A stretch of 64,000 bases of DNA, from the NCBI RefSeq assembly GCF_009914755.1, contig NC_060942.1; one strand, written 5' to 3'. The notes under the pieces are model-generated. The model did no database searches, had not been told where the DNA came from, and saw only the letters and a program-made list of their open reading frames with translations. Below, piece after piece: positions 10,701-25,000 of this stretch; the first letter of the stretch is position 1; each line of letters starts with the position of its first letter. Source of the DNA: the human T2T-CHM13v2.0 reference genome, Homo sapiens. The position numbers were made by a program, and so were the translations under genes.

Positions 10701-13700
10701 CTTTTTGTAGTGTGTGTAAGTGGACATTTGGAGCACTTACCGGCCTAAGGTGAAAAAGGAAATATCTTCCCATAAAAACTAGACAGAAGCATTCTCAGAA
10801 ACTTACTCGTGATGTGTGTCCTCAACTAAAGGGGTAGAACCTTTCTTTTCATAGAGAAGTTTTGAAACGCTCTTTTTGTGGAATCTGCAAGTGGATATTT
10901 GGCTAGTTTTGAGGATTTCGTTGGAAGCGGGAATTCATACAAATTGCAGACTGCAGCGTTCTGAGAAACATCTTTGTGATGTTTGTATTCAGGACACAGA
11001 GTTGAACATTCCCTATCATAGAGCAGGTTTGAATCACTCCTTTTGTAGTATCTGGAAGTGGACATTTGGAGCGCTTTCAGGCCTATGTTGGAAAAGGAAA
11101 TATCTTCCCATAACAACTAGACAGAAGCATTCTCAGAAACTTATTTGAGATGTGTGTACTCAACTAAGAGAATTGAACCACCGTTTTGAAGGAGCAGTTT
11201 TGAAACTCTCTTTTTCTGGAATCTGCAAGTGGATATTTGGCTAGCTTTGGGGATTTCGCTGGAAGCGGGAATACATATAAAAAGCACACAGCAGCGTTCT
11301 GAGAAACTGCTTTCTGATGTTTGCATTCAAGTCAAAAGTTGAACACTCCCTTTCATAGAGCAGTCCTGAAACACCCCTTTTGTAGTATCTGGAACTGGAC
11401 TTTTGGAGCGATTTCAGGGCTAAGGTGAAAAAGGAAATATCTTCCCATAAAAACTGGACAGAAGCATTCTCAGAAACTTGTTTATGCTGTATCTACTCAA
11501 CTAACAAAGTTGAACCTTTCTTTTGATAGAGCAGTTTTGAAATGGTCTTTTTGTGGAATCTGCAAGTGGATATTTGGCTAGTTTTGAGGATTTCGTTGGA
11601 AGCGGGAATTCATACAAATTGCAGACTGCAGCGTTCTGAGAAACATCTTTGTGATGTTTGTATTCAGGACACAGAGTTGAACATTCCCTATCATAGAGCA
11701 GGTTGGAATCACTCCTTTTGTAGTATCTGGAAGTGGACATTTGGAGCGCTTTCAGGCCTATTTTGGAAAGGGAAATATCTTCCCGTAACAACTATGCAGA
11801 AGCATTCTCAGAAACTTGTTTGTGATGTGTGCCCTCTACTGACAGAGTTGAACCTTTCTTTTCATAGAGCAGTTTTGAAACACTCTTTTTGTAGAATCTG
11901 CAAGAGGATATTTGCATAGCTTTGAGGATTTCGTGGGAAACGGGATTGTCTTCAGGTAAAATCTAGACAGAAGCATTCTCAGAAACTTCTTTGGGATGTT
12001 TGCATTCAAGTCACAGAGTAGAACATTCCCTTTGGTAGAGCAGGTTTGAAACACTCTTTTTGTAGTATCTGGAAGTGGACATTTGGAGCGCTTTCAGGCC
12101 CATGTTGGAAAGGGAAATATCTTCCCGTAACAACTAGGCAGAAGCATTCTCAGAAACTTATTTGAGATGTGTGTACTCAACTAAGAGAATTGAACCACCG
12201 TTTTGAAGGAGCAGTTTTGAAACACTCTTTTTCTGGAATCTGCAAGAGGATATTTGCCTAGCCTTGAGGATTTCGTTGGAAACGGGATTGTCTTCAGAGA
12301 AAATCTAGACAGAAGCATTCTCAGAAACTTCTTTGGGATGCTTGCATTCAAGTCACAGAGTAGAACATTCCCTTTGGTAGAGCAGGTTTGAAACACTCTT
12401 TTTGTAGTATCTGGAAGTGGACATTTGGAGCGCTTTCAGGCCTACGTTGGAAAAGGAAATATCTTCCCATAACAACTAGACAGAAGCATTCTCAGAAACT
12501 AGTTTCTGATGTGTGTCCTCAACTAACACAGTTGAACATTTCTTTAGACAGAACAGTTTTGAAACACTCTTTTTGTGGAATCTGCAAGTGGCTATTTGGC
12601 TAGATTTGAGGATTTCGTTGGAAACGGGATTACATATAAAAAGCAGTCAGCGGCATTCTCAGAAAGTTCTTTGTGATGATTGCATTCAAGTCACAGAATT
12701 GAACATTCCCTTTCACAGAGCAGGTTTGAAACACTCTTTTTGTAGTGTGTGTAAGTGGACATTTGGAGCACTTACCGGCCTAAGGTGAAAAAGGAAATAT
12801 CTTCCCATAAAAACTAGACAGAAGCATTCTCAGAAACTTACTCGTGATGTGTGTCCTCAACTAAAGGAGTAGAACCTTTCTTTTCATAGAGAAGTTTTGA
12901 AACGCTCTTTTTGTGGAATCTGCAAGTGGATATTTGGCTAGTTTTCAGGATTTCGTTGGAAGCGGGAATTCATACAAATTGCAGACTGCAGCGTTCTGAG
13001 AAACATCTTTGTGATGTTTGTATTCAGGACACAGAGTTGAACATTCCCTATCATAGAGCAGGTTTGAATCACTCCTTTTGTAGTATCTGGAAGTGGACAT
13101 TTGGAGCGCTTTCAGGCCTATGTTGGAAAAGGAAATATCTTCCCATAACAACTAGACAGAAGCATTCTCAGAAACTTATTTGAGATGTGTGTACTCAACT
13201 AAGAGAATTGAACCACCGTTTTGAAGGAGCAGTTTTGAAACTCTCTTTTTCTGGAATCTGCAAGTGGATATTTGGCTAGCTTTGGGGATTTCGCTGGAAG
13301 CGGGAATACATATAAAAAGCACACAGCAGCGTTCTGAGAAACTGCTTTCTGATGTTTGCATTCAAGTCAAAAGTTGAACACTCCCTTTCATAGAGCAGTC
13401 CTGAAACACCCCTTTTGTAGTATCTGGAACTGGACTTTTGGAGCGATTTCAGGGCTAAGGTGAAAAAGGAAATATCTTCCCATAAAAACTGGACAGAAGC
13501 ATTCTCAGAAACTTGTTTATGCTGTATCTACTCAACTAACAAAGTTGAACCTTTCTTTTGATAGAGCAGTTTTGAAATGGTCTTTTTGTGGAATCTGCAA
13601 GTGGATATTTGGCTAGTTTTGAGGATTTCGTTGGAAGCGGGAATTCATACAAATTGCAGACTGCAGCGTTCTGAGAAACATCTTTGTGATGTTTGTATTC

Positions 13701-16700
13701 AGGACACAGAGTTGAACATTCCCTATCATAGAGCAGGTTGGAATCACTCCTTTTGTAGTATCTGGAAGTGGACATTTGGAGCGCTTTCAGGCCTATTTTG
13801 GAAAGGGAAATATCTTCCCGTAACAACTATGCAGAAGCATTCTCAGAAACTTGTTTGTGATGTGTGCCCTCTACTGACAGAGTTGAACCTTTCTTTTCAT
13901 AGAGCAGTTTTGAAACACTCTTTTTGTAGAATCTGCAAGAGGATATTTGCATAGCTTTGAGGATTTCGTGGGAAACGGGATTGTCTTCAGGTAAAATCTA
14001 GACAGAAGCATTCTCAGAAACTTCTTTGGGATGTTTGCATTCAAGTCACAGAGTAGAACATTCCCTTTGGTAGAGCAGGTTTGAAACACTCTTTTTGTAG
14101 TATCTGGAAGTGGACATTTGGAGCGCTTTCAGGCCCATGTTGGAAAGGGAAATATCTTCCCGTAACAACTAGGCAGAAGCATTCTCAGAAACTTATTTGA
14201 GATGTGTGTACTCAACTAAGAGAATTGAACCACCGTTTTGAAGGAGCAGTTTTGAAACACTCTTTTTCTGGAATCTGCAAGAGTATATTTGCCTAGCCTT
14301 GAGGATTTCGTTGGAAACGGGATTGTCTTCAGAGAAAATCTAGACAGAAGCATTCTCAGAAACTTCTTTGGGATGCTTGCATTCAAGTCACAGAGTAGAA
14401 CATTCCCTTTGGTAGAGCAGGTTTGAAACACTCTTTTTGTAGTATCTGGAAGTGGACATTTGGAGCGCTTTCAGGCCTACGTTGGAAAAGGAAATATCTT
14501 CCCATAACAACTAGACAGAAGCATTCTCAGAAACTAGTTTCTGATGTGTGTCCTCAACTAACACAGTTGAACATTTCTTTAGACAGAACAGTTTTGAAAC
14601 ACTCTTTTTGTGGAATCTGCAAGTGGCTATTTGGCTAGATTTGAGGATTTCGTTGGAAACGGGATTACATATAAAAAGCAGTCAGCGGCATTCTCAGAAA
14701 GTTCTTTGTGATGATTGCATTCAAGTCACAGAATTGAACATTCCCTTTCACAGAGCAGGTTTGAAACACTCTTTTTGTAGTGTGTGTAAGTGGACATTTG
14801 GAGCACTTACCGGCCTAAGGTGAAAAAGGAAATATCTTCCCATAAAAACTAGACAGAAGCATTCTCAGAAACTTACTCGTGATGTGTGTCCTCAACTAAA
14901 GGAGTAGAACCTTTCTTTTCATAGAGAAGTTTTGAAACGCTCTTTTTGTGGAATCTGCAAGTGGATATTTGGCTAGTTTTGAGGATTTCGTTGGAAGCGG
15001 GAATTCATACAAATTGCAGACTGCAGCGTTCTGAGAAACATCTTTGTGATGTTTGTATTCAGGACACAGAGTTGAACATTCCCTATCATAGAGCAGGTTT
15101 GAATCACTCCTTTTGTAGTATCTGGAAGTGGACATTTGGAGCGCTTTCAGGCCTATGTTGGAAAAGGAAATATCTTCCCATAACAACTAGACAGAAGCAT
15201 TCTCAGAAACTTATTTGAGATGTGTGTACTCAACTAAGAGAATTGAACCACCGTTTTGAAGGAGCAGTTTTGAAACTCTCTTTTTCTGGAATCTGCAAGT
15301 GGATATTTGGCTAGCTTTGGGGATTTCGCTGGAAGCGGGAATACATATAAAAAGCACACAGCAGCGTTCTGAGAAACTGCTTTCTGATGTTTGCATTCAA
15401 GTCAAAAGTTGAACACTCCCTTTCATAGAGCAGTCCTGAAACACCCCTTTTGTAGTATCTGGAACTGGACTTTTGGAGCGATTTCAGGGCTAAGGTGAAA
15501 AAGGAAATATCTTCCCATAAAAACTGGACAGAAGCATTCTCAGAAACTTGTTTATGCTGTATCTACTCAACTAACAAAGTTGAACCTTTCTTTTGATAGA
15601 GCAGTTTTGAAATGGTCTTTTTGTGGAATCTGCAAGTGGATATTTGGCTAGTTTTGAGGATTTCGTTGGAAGCGGGAATTCATACAAATTGCAGACTGCA
15701 GCGTTCTGAGAAACATCTTTGTGATGTTTGTATTCAGGACACAGAGTTGAACATTCCCTATCATAGAGCAGGTTGGAATCACTCCTTTTGTAGTATCTGG
15801 AAGTGGACATTTGGAGCGCTTTCAGGCCTATTTTGGAAAGGGAAATATCTTCCCGTAACAACTATGCAGAAGCATTCTCAGAAACTTGTTTGTGATGTGT
15901 GCCCTCTACTGACAGAGTTGAACCTTTCTTTTCATAGAGCAGTTTTGAAACACTCTTTTTGTAGAATCTGCAAGAGGATATTTGCATAGCTTTGAGGATT
16001 TCGTGGGAAACGGGATTGTCTTCAGGTAAAATCTAGACAGAAGCATTCTCAGAAACTTCTTTGGGATGTTTGCATTCAAGTCACAGAGTAGAACATTCCC
16101 TTTGGTAGAGCAGGTTTGAAACACTCTTTTTGTAGTATCTGGAAGTGGACATTTGGAGCGCTTTCAGGCCCATGTTGGAAAGGGAAATATCTTCCCGTAA
16201 CAACTAGGCAGAAGCATTCTCAGAAACTTATTTGAGATGTGTGTACTCAACTAAGAGAATTGAACCACCGTTTTGAAGGAGCAGTTTTGAAACACTCTTT
16301 TTCTGGAATCTGCAAGAGTATATTTGCCTAGCCTTGAGGATTTCGTTGGAAACGGGATTGTCTTCAGAGAAAATCTAGACAGAAGCATTCTCAGAAACTT
16401 CTTTGGGATGCTTGCATTCAAGTCACAGAGTAGAACATTCCCTTTGGTAGAGCAGGTTTGAAACACTCTTTTTGTAGTATCTGGAAGTGGACATTTGGAG
16501 CGCTTTCAGGCCTACGTTGGAAAAGGAAATATCTTCCCATAACAACTAGACAGAAGCATTCTCAGAAACTAGTTTCTGATGTGTGTCCTCAACTAACACA
16601 GTTGAACATTTCTTTAGACAGAACAGTTTTGAAACACTCTTTTTGTGGAATCTGCAAGTGGCTATTTGGCTAGATTTGAGGATTTCGTTGGAAACGGGAT

Positions 16701-19700
16701 TACATATAAAAAGCAGTCAGCGGCATTCTCAGAAAGTTCTTTGTGATGATTGCATTCAAGTCACAGAATTGAACATTCCCTTTCACAGAGCAGGTTTGAA
16801 ACACTCTTTTTGTAGTGTGTGTAAGTGGACATTTGGAGCACTTACCGGCCTAAGGTGAAAAAGGAAATATCTTCCCATAAAAACTAGACAGAAGCATTCT
16901 CAGAAACTTACTCGTGATGTGTGTCCTCAACTAAAGGAGTAGAACCTTTCTTTTCATAGAGAAGTTTTGAAACGCTCTTTTTGTGGAATCTGCAAGTGGA
17001 TATTTGGCTAGTTTTGAGGATTTCGTTGGAAGCGGGAATTCATACAAATTGCAGACTGCAGCGTTCTGAGAAACATCTTTGTGATGTTTGTATTCAGGAC
17101 ACAGAGTTGAACATTCCCTATCATAGAGCAGGTTTGAATCACTCCTTTTGTAGTATCTGGAAGTGGACATTTGGAGCGCTTTCAGGCCTATGTTGGAAAA
17201 GGAAATATCTTCCCATAACAACTAGACAGAAGCATTCTCAGAAACTTATTTGAGATGTGTGTACTCAACTAAGAGAATTGAACCACCGTTTTGAAGGAGC
17301 AGTTTTGAAACTCTCTTTTTCTGGAATCTGCAAGTGGATATTTGGCTAGCTTTGGGGATTTCGCTGGAAGCGGGAATACATATAAAAAGCACACAGCAGC
17401 GTTCTGAGAAACTGCTTTCTGATGTTTGCATTCAAGTCAAAAGTTGAACACTCCCTTTCATAGAGCAGTCCTGAAACACCCCTTTTGTAGTATCTGGAAC
17501 TGGACTTTTGGAGCGATTTCAGGGCTAAGGTGAAAAAGGAAATATCTTCCCATAAAAACTGGACAGAAGCATTCTCAGAAACTTGTTTATGCTGTATCTA
17601 CTCAACTAACAAAGTTGAACCTTTCTTTTGATAGAGCAGTTTTGAAATGGTCTTTTTGTGGAATCTGCAAGTGGATATTTGGCTAGTTTTGAGGATTTCG
17701 TTGGAAGCGGGAATTCATACAAATTGCAGACTGCAGCGTTCTGAGAAACATCTTTGTGATGTTTGTATTCAGGACACAGAGTTGAACATTCCCTATCATA
17801 GAGCAGGTTGGAATCACTCCTTTTGTAGTATCTGGAAGTGGACATTTGGAGCGCTTTCAGGCCTATTTTGGAAAGGGAAATATCTTCCCGTAACAACTAT
17901 GCAGAAGCATTCTCAGAAACTTGTTTGTGATGTGTGCCCTCTACTGACAGAGTTGAACCTTTCTTTTCATAGAGCAGTTTTGAAACACTCTTTTTGTAGA
18001 ATCTGCAAGAGGATATTTGCATAGCTTTGAGGATTTCGTGGGAAACGGGATTGTCTTCAGGTAAAATCTAGACAGAAGCATTCTCAGAAACTTCTTTGGG
18101 ATGTTTGCATTCAAGTCACAGAGTAGAACATTCCCTTTGGTAGAGCAGGTTTGAAACACTCTTTTTGTAGTATCTGGAAGTGGACATTTGGAGCGCTTTC
18201 AGGCCCATGTTGGAAAGGGAAATATCTTCCCGTAACAACTAGGCAGAAGCATTCTCAGAAACTTATTTGAGATGTGTGTACTCAACTAAGAGAATTGAAC
18301 CACCGTTTTGAAGGAGCAGTTTTGAAACACTCTTTTTCTGGAATCTGCAAGAGGATATTTGCCTAGCCTTGAGGATTTCGTTGGAAACGGGATTGTCTTC
18401 AGAGAAAATCTAGACAGAAGCATTCTCAGAAACTTCTTTGGGATGCTTGCATTCAAGTCACAGAGTAGAACATTCCCTTTGGTAGAGCAGGTTTGAAACA
18501 CTCTTTTTTTAGTATCTGGAAGTGGACATTTGGAGCGCTTTCAGGCCTACGTTGGAAAAGGAAATATCTTCCCATAACAACTAGACAGAAGCATTCTCAG
18601 AAACTAGTTTCTGATGTGTGTCCTCAACTAACACAGTTGAACATTTCTTTAGACAGAACAGTTTTGAAACACTCTTTTTGTGGAATCTGCAAGTGGCTAT
18701 TTGGCTAGATTTGAGGATTTCGTTGGAAACGGGATTACATATAAAAAGCAGTCAGCGGCATTCTCAGAAAGTTCTTTGTGATGATTGCATTCAAGTCACA
18801 GAATTGAACATTCCCTTTCACAGAGCAGGTTTGAAACACTCTTTTTGTAGTGTGTGTAAGTGGACATTTGGAGCACTTACCGGCCTAAGGTGAAAAAGGA
18901 AATATCTTCCCATAAAAACTAGACAGAAGCATTCTCAGAAACTTACTCGTGATGTGTGTCCTCAACTAAAGGAGTAGAACCTTTCTTTTCATAGAGAAGT
19001 TTTGAAACGCTCTTTTTGTGGAATCTGCAAGTGGATATTTGGCTAGTTTTGAGGATTTCGTTGGAAGCGGGAATTCATACAAATTGCAGACTGCAGCGTT
19101 CTGAGAAACATCTTTGTGATGTTTGTATTCAGGACACAGAGTTGAACATTCCCTATCATAGAGCAGGTTTGAATCACTCCTTTTGTAGTATCTGGAAGTG
19201 GACATTTGGAGCGCTTTCAGGCCTATGTTGGAAAAGGAAATATCTTCCCATAACAACTAGACAGAAGCATTCTCAGAAACTTATTTGAGATGTGTGTACT
19301 CAACTAAGAGAATTGAACCACCGTTTTGAAGGAGCAGTTTTGAAACTCTCTTTTTCTGGAATCTGCAAGTGGATATTTGGCTAGCTTTGGGGATTTCGCT
19401 GGAAGCGGGAATACATATAAAAAGCACACAGCAGCGTTCTGAGAAACTGCTTTCTGATGTTTGCATTCAAGTCAAAAGTTGAACACTCCCTTTCATAGAG
19501 CAGTCCTGAAACACCCCTTTTGTAGTATCTGGAACTGGACTTTTGGAGCGATTTCAGGGCTAAGGTGAAAAAGGAAATATCTTCCCATAAAAACTGGACA
19601 GAAGCATTCTCAGAAACTTGTTTATGCTGTATCTACTCAACTAACAAAGTTGAACCTTTCTTTTGATAGAGCAGTTTTGAAATGGTCTTTTTGTGGAATC

Positions 19701-22002
19701 TGCAAGTGGATATTTGGCTAGTTTTGAGGATTTCGTTGGAAGCGGGAATTCATACAAATTGCAGACTGCAGCGTTCTGAGAAACATCTTTGTGATGTTTG
19801 TATTCAGGACACAGAGTTGAACATTCCCTATCATAGAGCAGGTTGGAATCACTCCTTTTGTAGTATCTGGAAGTGGACATTTGGAGCGCTTTCAGGCCTA
19901 TTTTGGAAAGGGAAATATCTTCCCGTAACAACTATGCAGAAGCATTCTCAGAAACTTGTTTGTGATGTGTGCCCTCTACTGACAGAGTTGAACCTTTCTT
20001 TTCATAGAGCAGTTTTGAAACACTCTTTTTGTAGAATCTGCAAGAGGATATTTGCATAGCTTTGAGGATTTCGTGGGAAACGGGATTGTCTTCAGGTAAA
20101 ATCTAGACAGAAGCATTCTCAGAAACTTCTTTGGGATGTTTGCATTCAAGTCACAGAGTAGAACATTCCCTTTGGTAGAGCAGGTTTGAAACACTCTTTT
20201 TGTAGTATCTGGAAGTGGACATTTGGAGCGCTTTCAGGCCCATGTTGGAAAGGGAAATATCTTCCCGTAACAACTAGGCAGAAGCATTCTCAGAAACTTA
20301 TTTGAGATGTGTGTACTCAACTAAGAGAATTGAACCACCGTTTTGAAGGAGCAGTTTTGAAACACTCTTTTTCTGGAATCTGCAAGAGTATATTTGCCTA
20401 GCCTTGAGGATTTCGTTGGAAACGGGATTGTCTTCAGAGAAAATCTAGACAGAAGCATTCTCAGAAACTTCTTTGGGATGCTTGCATTCAAGTCACAGAG
20501 TAGAACATTCCCTTTGGTAGAGCAGGTTTGAAACACTCTTTTTGTAGTATCTGGAAGTGGACATTTGGAGCGCTTTCAGGCCTACGTTGGAAAAGGAAAT
20601 ATCTTCCCATAACAACTAGACAGAAGCATTCTCAGAAACTAGTTTCTGATGTGTGTCCTCAACTAACACAGTTGAACATTTCTTTAGACAGAACAGTTTT
20701 GAAACACTCTTTTTGTGGAATCTGCAAGTGGCTATTTGGCTAGATTTGAGGATTTCGTTGGAAACGGGATTACATATAAAAAGCAGTCAGCGGCATTCTC
20801 AGAAAGTTCTTTGTGATGATTGCATTCAAGTCACAGAATTGAACATTCCCTTTCACAGAGCAGGTTTGAAACACTCTTTTTGTAGTGTGTGTAAGTGGAC
20901 ATTTGGAGCACTTACCGGCCTAAGGTGAAAAAGGAAATATCTTCCCATAAAAACTAGACAGAAGCATTCTCAGAAACTTACTCGTGATGTGTGTCCTCAA
21001 CTAAAGGAGTAGAACCTTTCTTTTCATAGAGAAGTTTTGAAACGCTCTTTTTGTGGAATCTGCAAGTGGATATTTGGCTAGTTTTGAGGATTTCGTTGGA
21101 AGCGGGAATTCATACAAATTGCAGACTGCAGCGTTCTGAGAAACATCTTTGTGATGTTTGTATTCAGGACACAGAGTTGAACATTCCCTATCATAGAGCA
21201 GGTTTGAATCACTCCTTTTGTAGTATCTGGAAGTGGACATTTGGAGCGCTTTCAGGCCTATGTTGGAAAAGGAAATATCTTCCCATAACAACTAGACAGA
21301 AGCATTCTCAGAAACTTATTTGAGATGTGTGTACTCAACTAAGAGAATTGAACCACCGTTTTGAAGGAGCAGTTTTGAAACTCTCTTTTTCTGGAATCTG
21401 CAAGTGGATATTTGGCTAGCTTTGGGGATTTCGCTGGAAGCGGGAATACATATAAAAAGCACACAGCAGCGTTCTGAGAAACTGCTTTCTGATGTTTGCA
21501 TTCAAGTCAAAAGTTGAACACTCCCTTTCATAGAGCAGTCCTGAAACACCCCTTTTGTAGTATCTGGAACTGGACTTTTGGAGCGATTTCAGGGCTAAGG
21601 TGAAAAAGGAAATATCTTCCCATAAAAACTGGACAGAAGCATTCTCAGAAACTTGTTTATGCTGTATCTACTCAACTAACAAAGTTGAACCTTTCTTTTG
21701 ATAGAGCAGTTTTGAAATGGTCTTTTTGTGGAATCTGCAAGTGGATATTTGGCTAGTTTTGAGGATTTCGTTGGAAGCGGGAATTCATACAAATTGCAGA
21801 CTGCAGCGTTCTGAGAAACATCTTTGTGATGTTTGTATTCAGGACACAGAGTTGAACATTCCCTATCATAGAGCAGGTTGGAATCACTCCTTTTGTAGTA
21901 TCTGGAAGTGGACATTTGGAGCGCTTTCAGGCCTATTTTGGAAAGGGAAATATCTTCCCGTAACAACTATGCAGAAGCATTCTCAGAAACTTGTTTGTGA
22001 TG

Positions 22003-25000
22003 TTGTGCCCTCTACTGACAGAGTTGAACCTTTCTTTTCATAGAGCAGTTTTGAAACACTCTTTTTGTAGAATCTGCAAGAGGATATTTGCATAGCTTTG
22101 AGGATTTCGTGGGAAACGGGATTGTCTTCAGGTAAAATCTAGACAGAAGCATTCTCAGAAACTTCTTTGGGATGTTTGCATTCAAGTCACAGAGTAGAAC
22201 ATTCCCTTTGGTAGAGCAGGTTTGAAACACTCTTTTTGTAGTATCTGGAAGTGGACATTTGGAGCGCTTTCAGGCCCATGTTGGAAAGGGAAATATCTTC
22301 CCGTAACAACTAGGCAGAAGCATTCTCAGAAACTTATTTGAGATGTGTGTACTCAACTAAGAGAATTGAACCACCGTTTTGAAGGAGCAGTTTTGAAACA
22401 CTCTTTTTCTGGAATCTGCAAGAGGATATTTGCCTAGCCTTGAGGATTTCGTTGGAAACGGGATTGTCTTCAGAGAAAATCTAGACAGAAGCATTCTCAG
22501 AAACTTCTTTGGGATGCTTGCATTCAAGTCACAGAGTAGAACATTCCCTTTGGTAGAGCAGGTTTGAAACACTCTTTTTTTAGTATCTGGAAGTGGACAT
22601 TTGGAGCGCTTTCAGGCCTACGTTGGAAAAGGAAATATCTTCCCATAACAACTAGACAGAAGCATTCTCAGAAACTAGTTTCTGATGTGTGTCCTCAACT
22701 AACACAGTTGAACATTTCTTTAGACAGAACAGTTTTGAAACACTCTTTTTGTGGAATCTGCAAGTGGCTATTTGGCTAGATTTGAGGATTTCGTTGGAAA
22801 CGGGATTACATATAAAAAGCAGTCAGCAGCATTCTCAGAAAGTTCTTTGTGATGATTGCATTCAAGTCACAGAATTGAACATTCCCTTTCACAGAGCAGG
22901 TTTGAAACACTCTTTTTGTAGTGTGTGTAAGTGGACATTTGGAGCACTTACCGGCCTAAGGTGAAAAAGGAAATAATCTTCCCATAAAAACTAGACAGAA
23001 GCATTCTCAGAAACTTACTCGTGATGTGTGTCCTCAACTAAAGGAGTAGAACCTTTCTTTTCATAGAGAAGTTTTGAAACGCTCTTTTTGTGGAATCTGC
23101 AAGTGGATATTTGGCTAGTTTTGAGGATTTCGTTGGAAGCGGGAATTCATACAAATTGCAGACTGCAGCGTTCTGAGAAACATCTTTGTGATGTTTCTAT
23201 TCAGGACACAGAGTTGAACATTCCCTATCATAGAGCAGGTTTGAATCACTCCTTTTGTAGTATCTGGAAGTGGACATTTGGAGCGCTTTCAGGCCTATGT
23301 TGGAAAAGGAAATATCTTCCCATAACAACTAGACAGAAGCATTCTCAGAAACTTATTTGAGATGTGTGTACTCAACTAAGAGAATTGAACCACCGTTTTG
23401 AAGGAGCAGTTTTGAAACTCTCTTTTTCTGGAATCTGCAAGTGGATATTTGGCTAGCTTTGGGGATTTCGCTGGAAGCGGGAATACATATAAAAAGCACA
23501 CAGCAGCGTTCTGAGAAACTGCTTTCTGATGTTTGCATTCAAGTCAAAAGTTGAACACTCCCTTTCATAGAGCAGTCCTGAAACACCCCTTTGGTAGTAT
23601 CTGGAACTGGACTTTTGGAGCGATTTCAGGGCTAAGGTGAAAAAGGAAATATCTTCCCATAAAAACTGGACAGAAGCATTCTCAGAAACTTGTTTATGCT
23701 GTATCTACTCAACTAACAAAGTTGAACCTTTCTTTTGATAGAGCAGTTTTGAAATGGTCTTTTTGTGGAATCTGCAAGTGGATATTTGGCTAGTTTTGAG
23801 GATTTCGTTGGAAGCGGGAATTCATACAAATTGCAGACTGCAGCGTTCTGAGAAACATCTTTGTGATGTTTGTATTCAGGACACAGAGTTGAACATTCCC
23901 TATCATAGAGCAGGTTGGAATCACTCCTTTTGTAGTATCTGGAAGTGGACATTTGGAGCGCTTTCAGGCCTATTTTGGAAAGGGAAATATCTTCCCGTAA
24001 CAACTATGCAGAAGCATTCTCAGAAACTTGTTTGTGATGTTGTGCCCTCTACTGACAGAGTTGAACCTTTCTTTTCATAGAGCAGTTTTGAAACACTCTT
24101 TTTGTAGAATCTGCAAGAGGATATTTGCATAGCTTTGAGGATTTCGTGGGAAACGGGATTGTCTTCAGGTAAAATCTAGACAGAAGCATTCTCAGAAACT
24201 TCTTTGGGATGTTTGCATTCAAGTCACAGAGTAGAACATTCCCTTTGGTAGAGCAGGTTTGAAACACTCTTTTTGTAGTATCTGGAAGTGGACATTTGGA
24301 GCGCTTTCAGGCCCATGTTGGAAAGGGAAATATCTTCCCGTAACAACTAGGCAGAAGCATTCTCAGAAACTTATTTGAGATGTGTGTACTCAACTAAGAG
24401 AATTGAACCACCGTTTTGAAGGAGCAGTTTTGAAACACTCTTTTTCTGGAATCTGCAAGAGGATATTTGCCTATCCTTGAGGATTTCGTTGGAAACGGGA
24501 TTGTCTTCAGAGAAAATCTAGACAGAAGCATTCTCAGAAACTTCTTTGGGATGCTTGCATTCAAGTCACAGAGTAGAACATTCCCTTTGGTAGAGCAGGT
24601 TTGAAACACTCTTTTCGTAGTATCTGGAAGTGGACATTTGGAGCGCTTTCAGGCCTACGTTGGAAAAGGAAATATCTTCCCATAACAACTAGACAGAAGC
24701 ATTCTCAGAAACTAGTTTCTGATGTGTGTCCTCAACTAACACAGTTGAACATTTCTTTAGACAGAACAGTTTTGAAACACTCTTTTTGTGGAATCTGCAA
24801 GTGGCTATTTGGCTAGATTTGAGGATTTCGTTGGAAACGGGATTACATATAAAAAGCAGTCAGCAGCATTCTCAGAAAGTTCTTTGTGATGATTGCATTC
24901 AAGTCACAGAATTGAACATTCCCTTTCACAGAGCAGGTTTGAAACACTCTTTTTGTAGTGTGTGTAAGTGGACATTTGGAGCACTTACCGGCCTAAGGTG

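Larger units (their letters stand above)
1..22002 (+). repeat. HOR haplotype block 1: exact 2035 bp period, no indels
   Basis: ORF starts step by exactly 2035 from 178 to 20528; CGGCATT allele; no A or T insertion. Confidence 0.85.
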
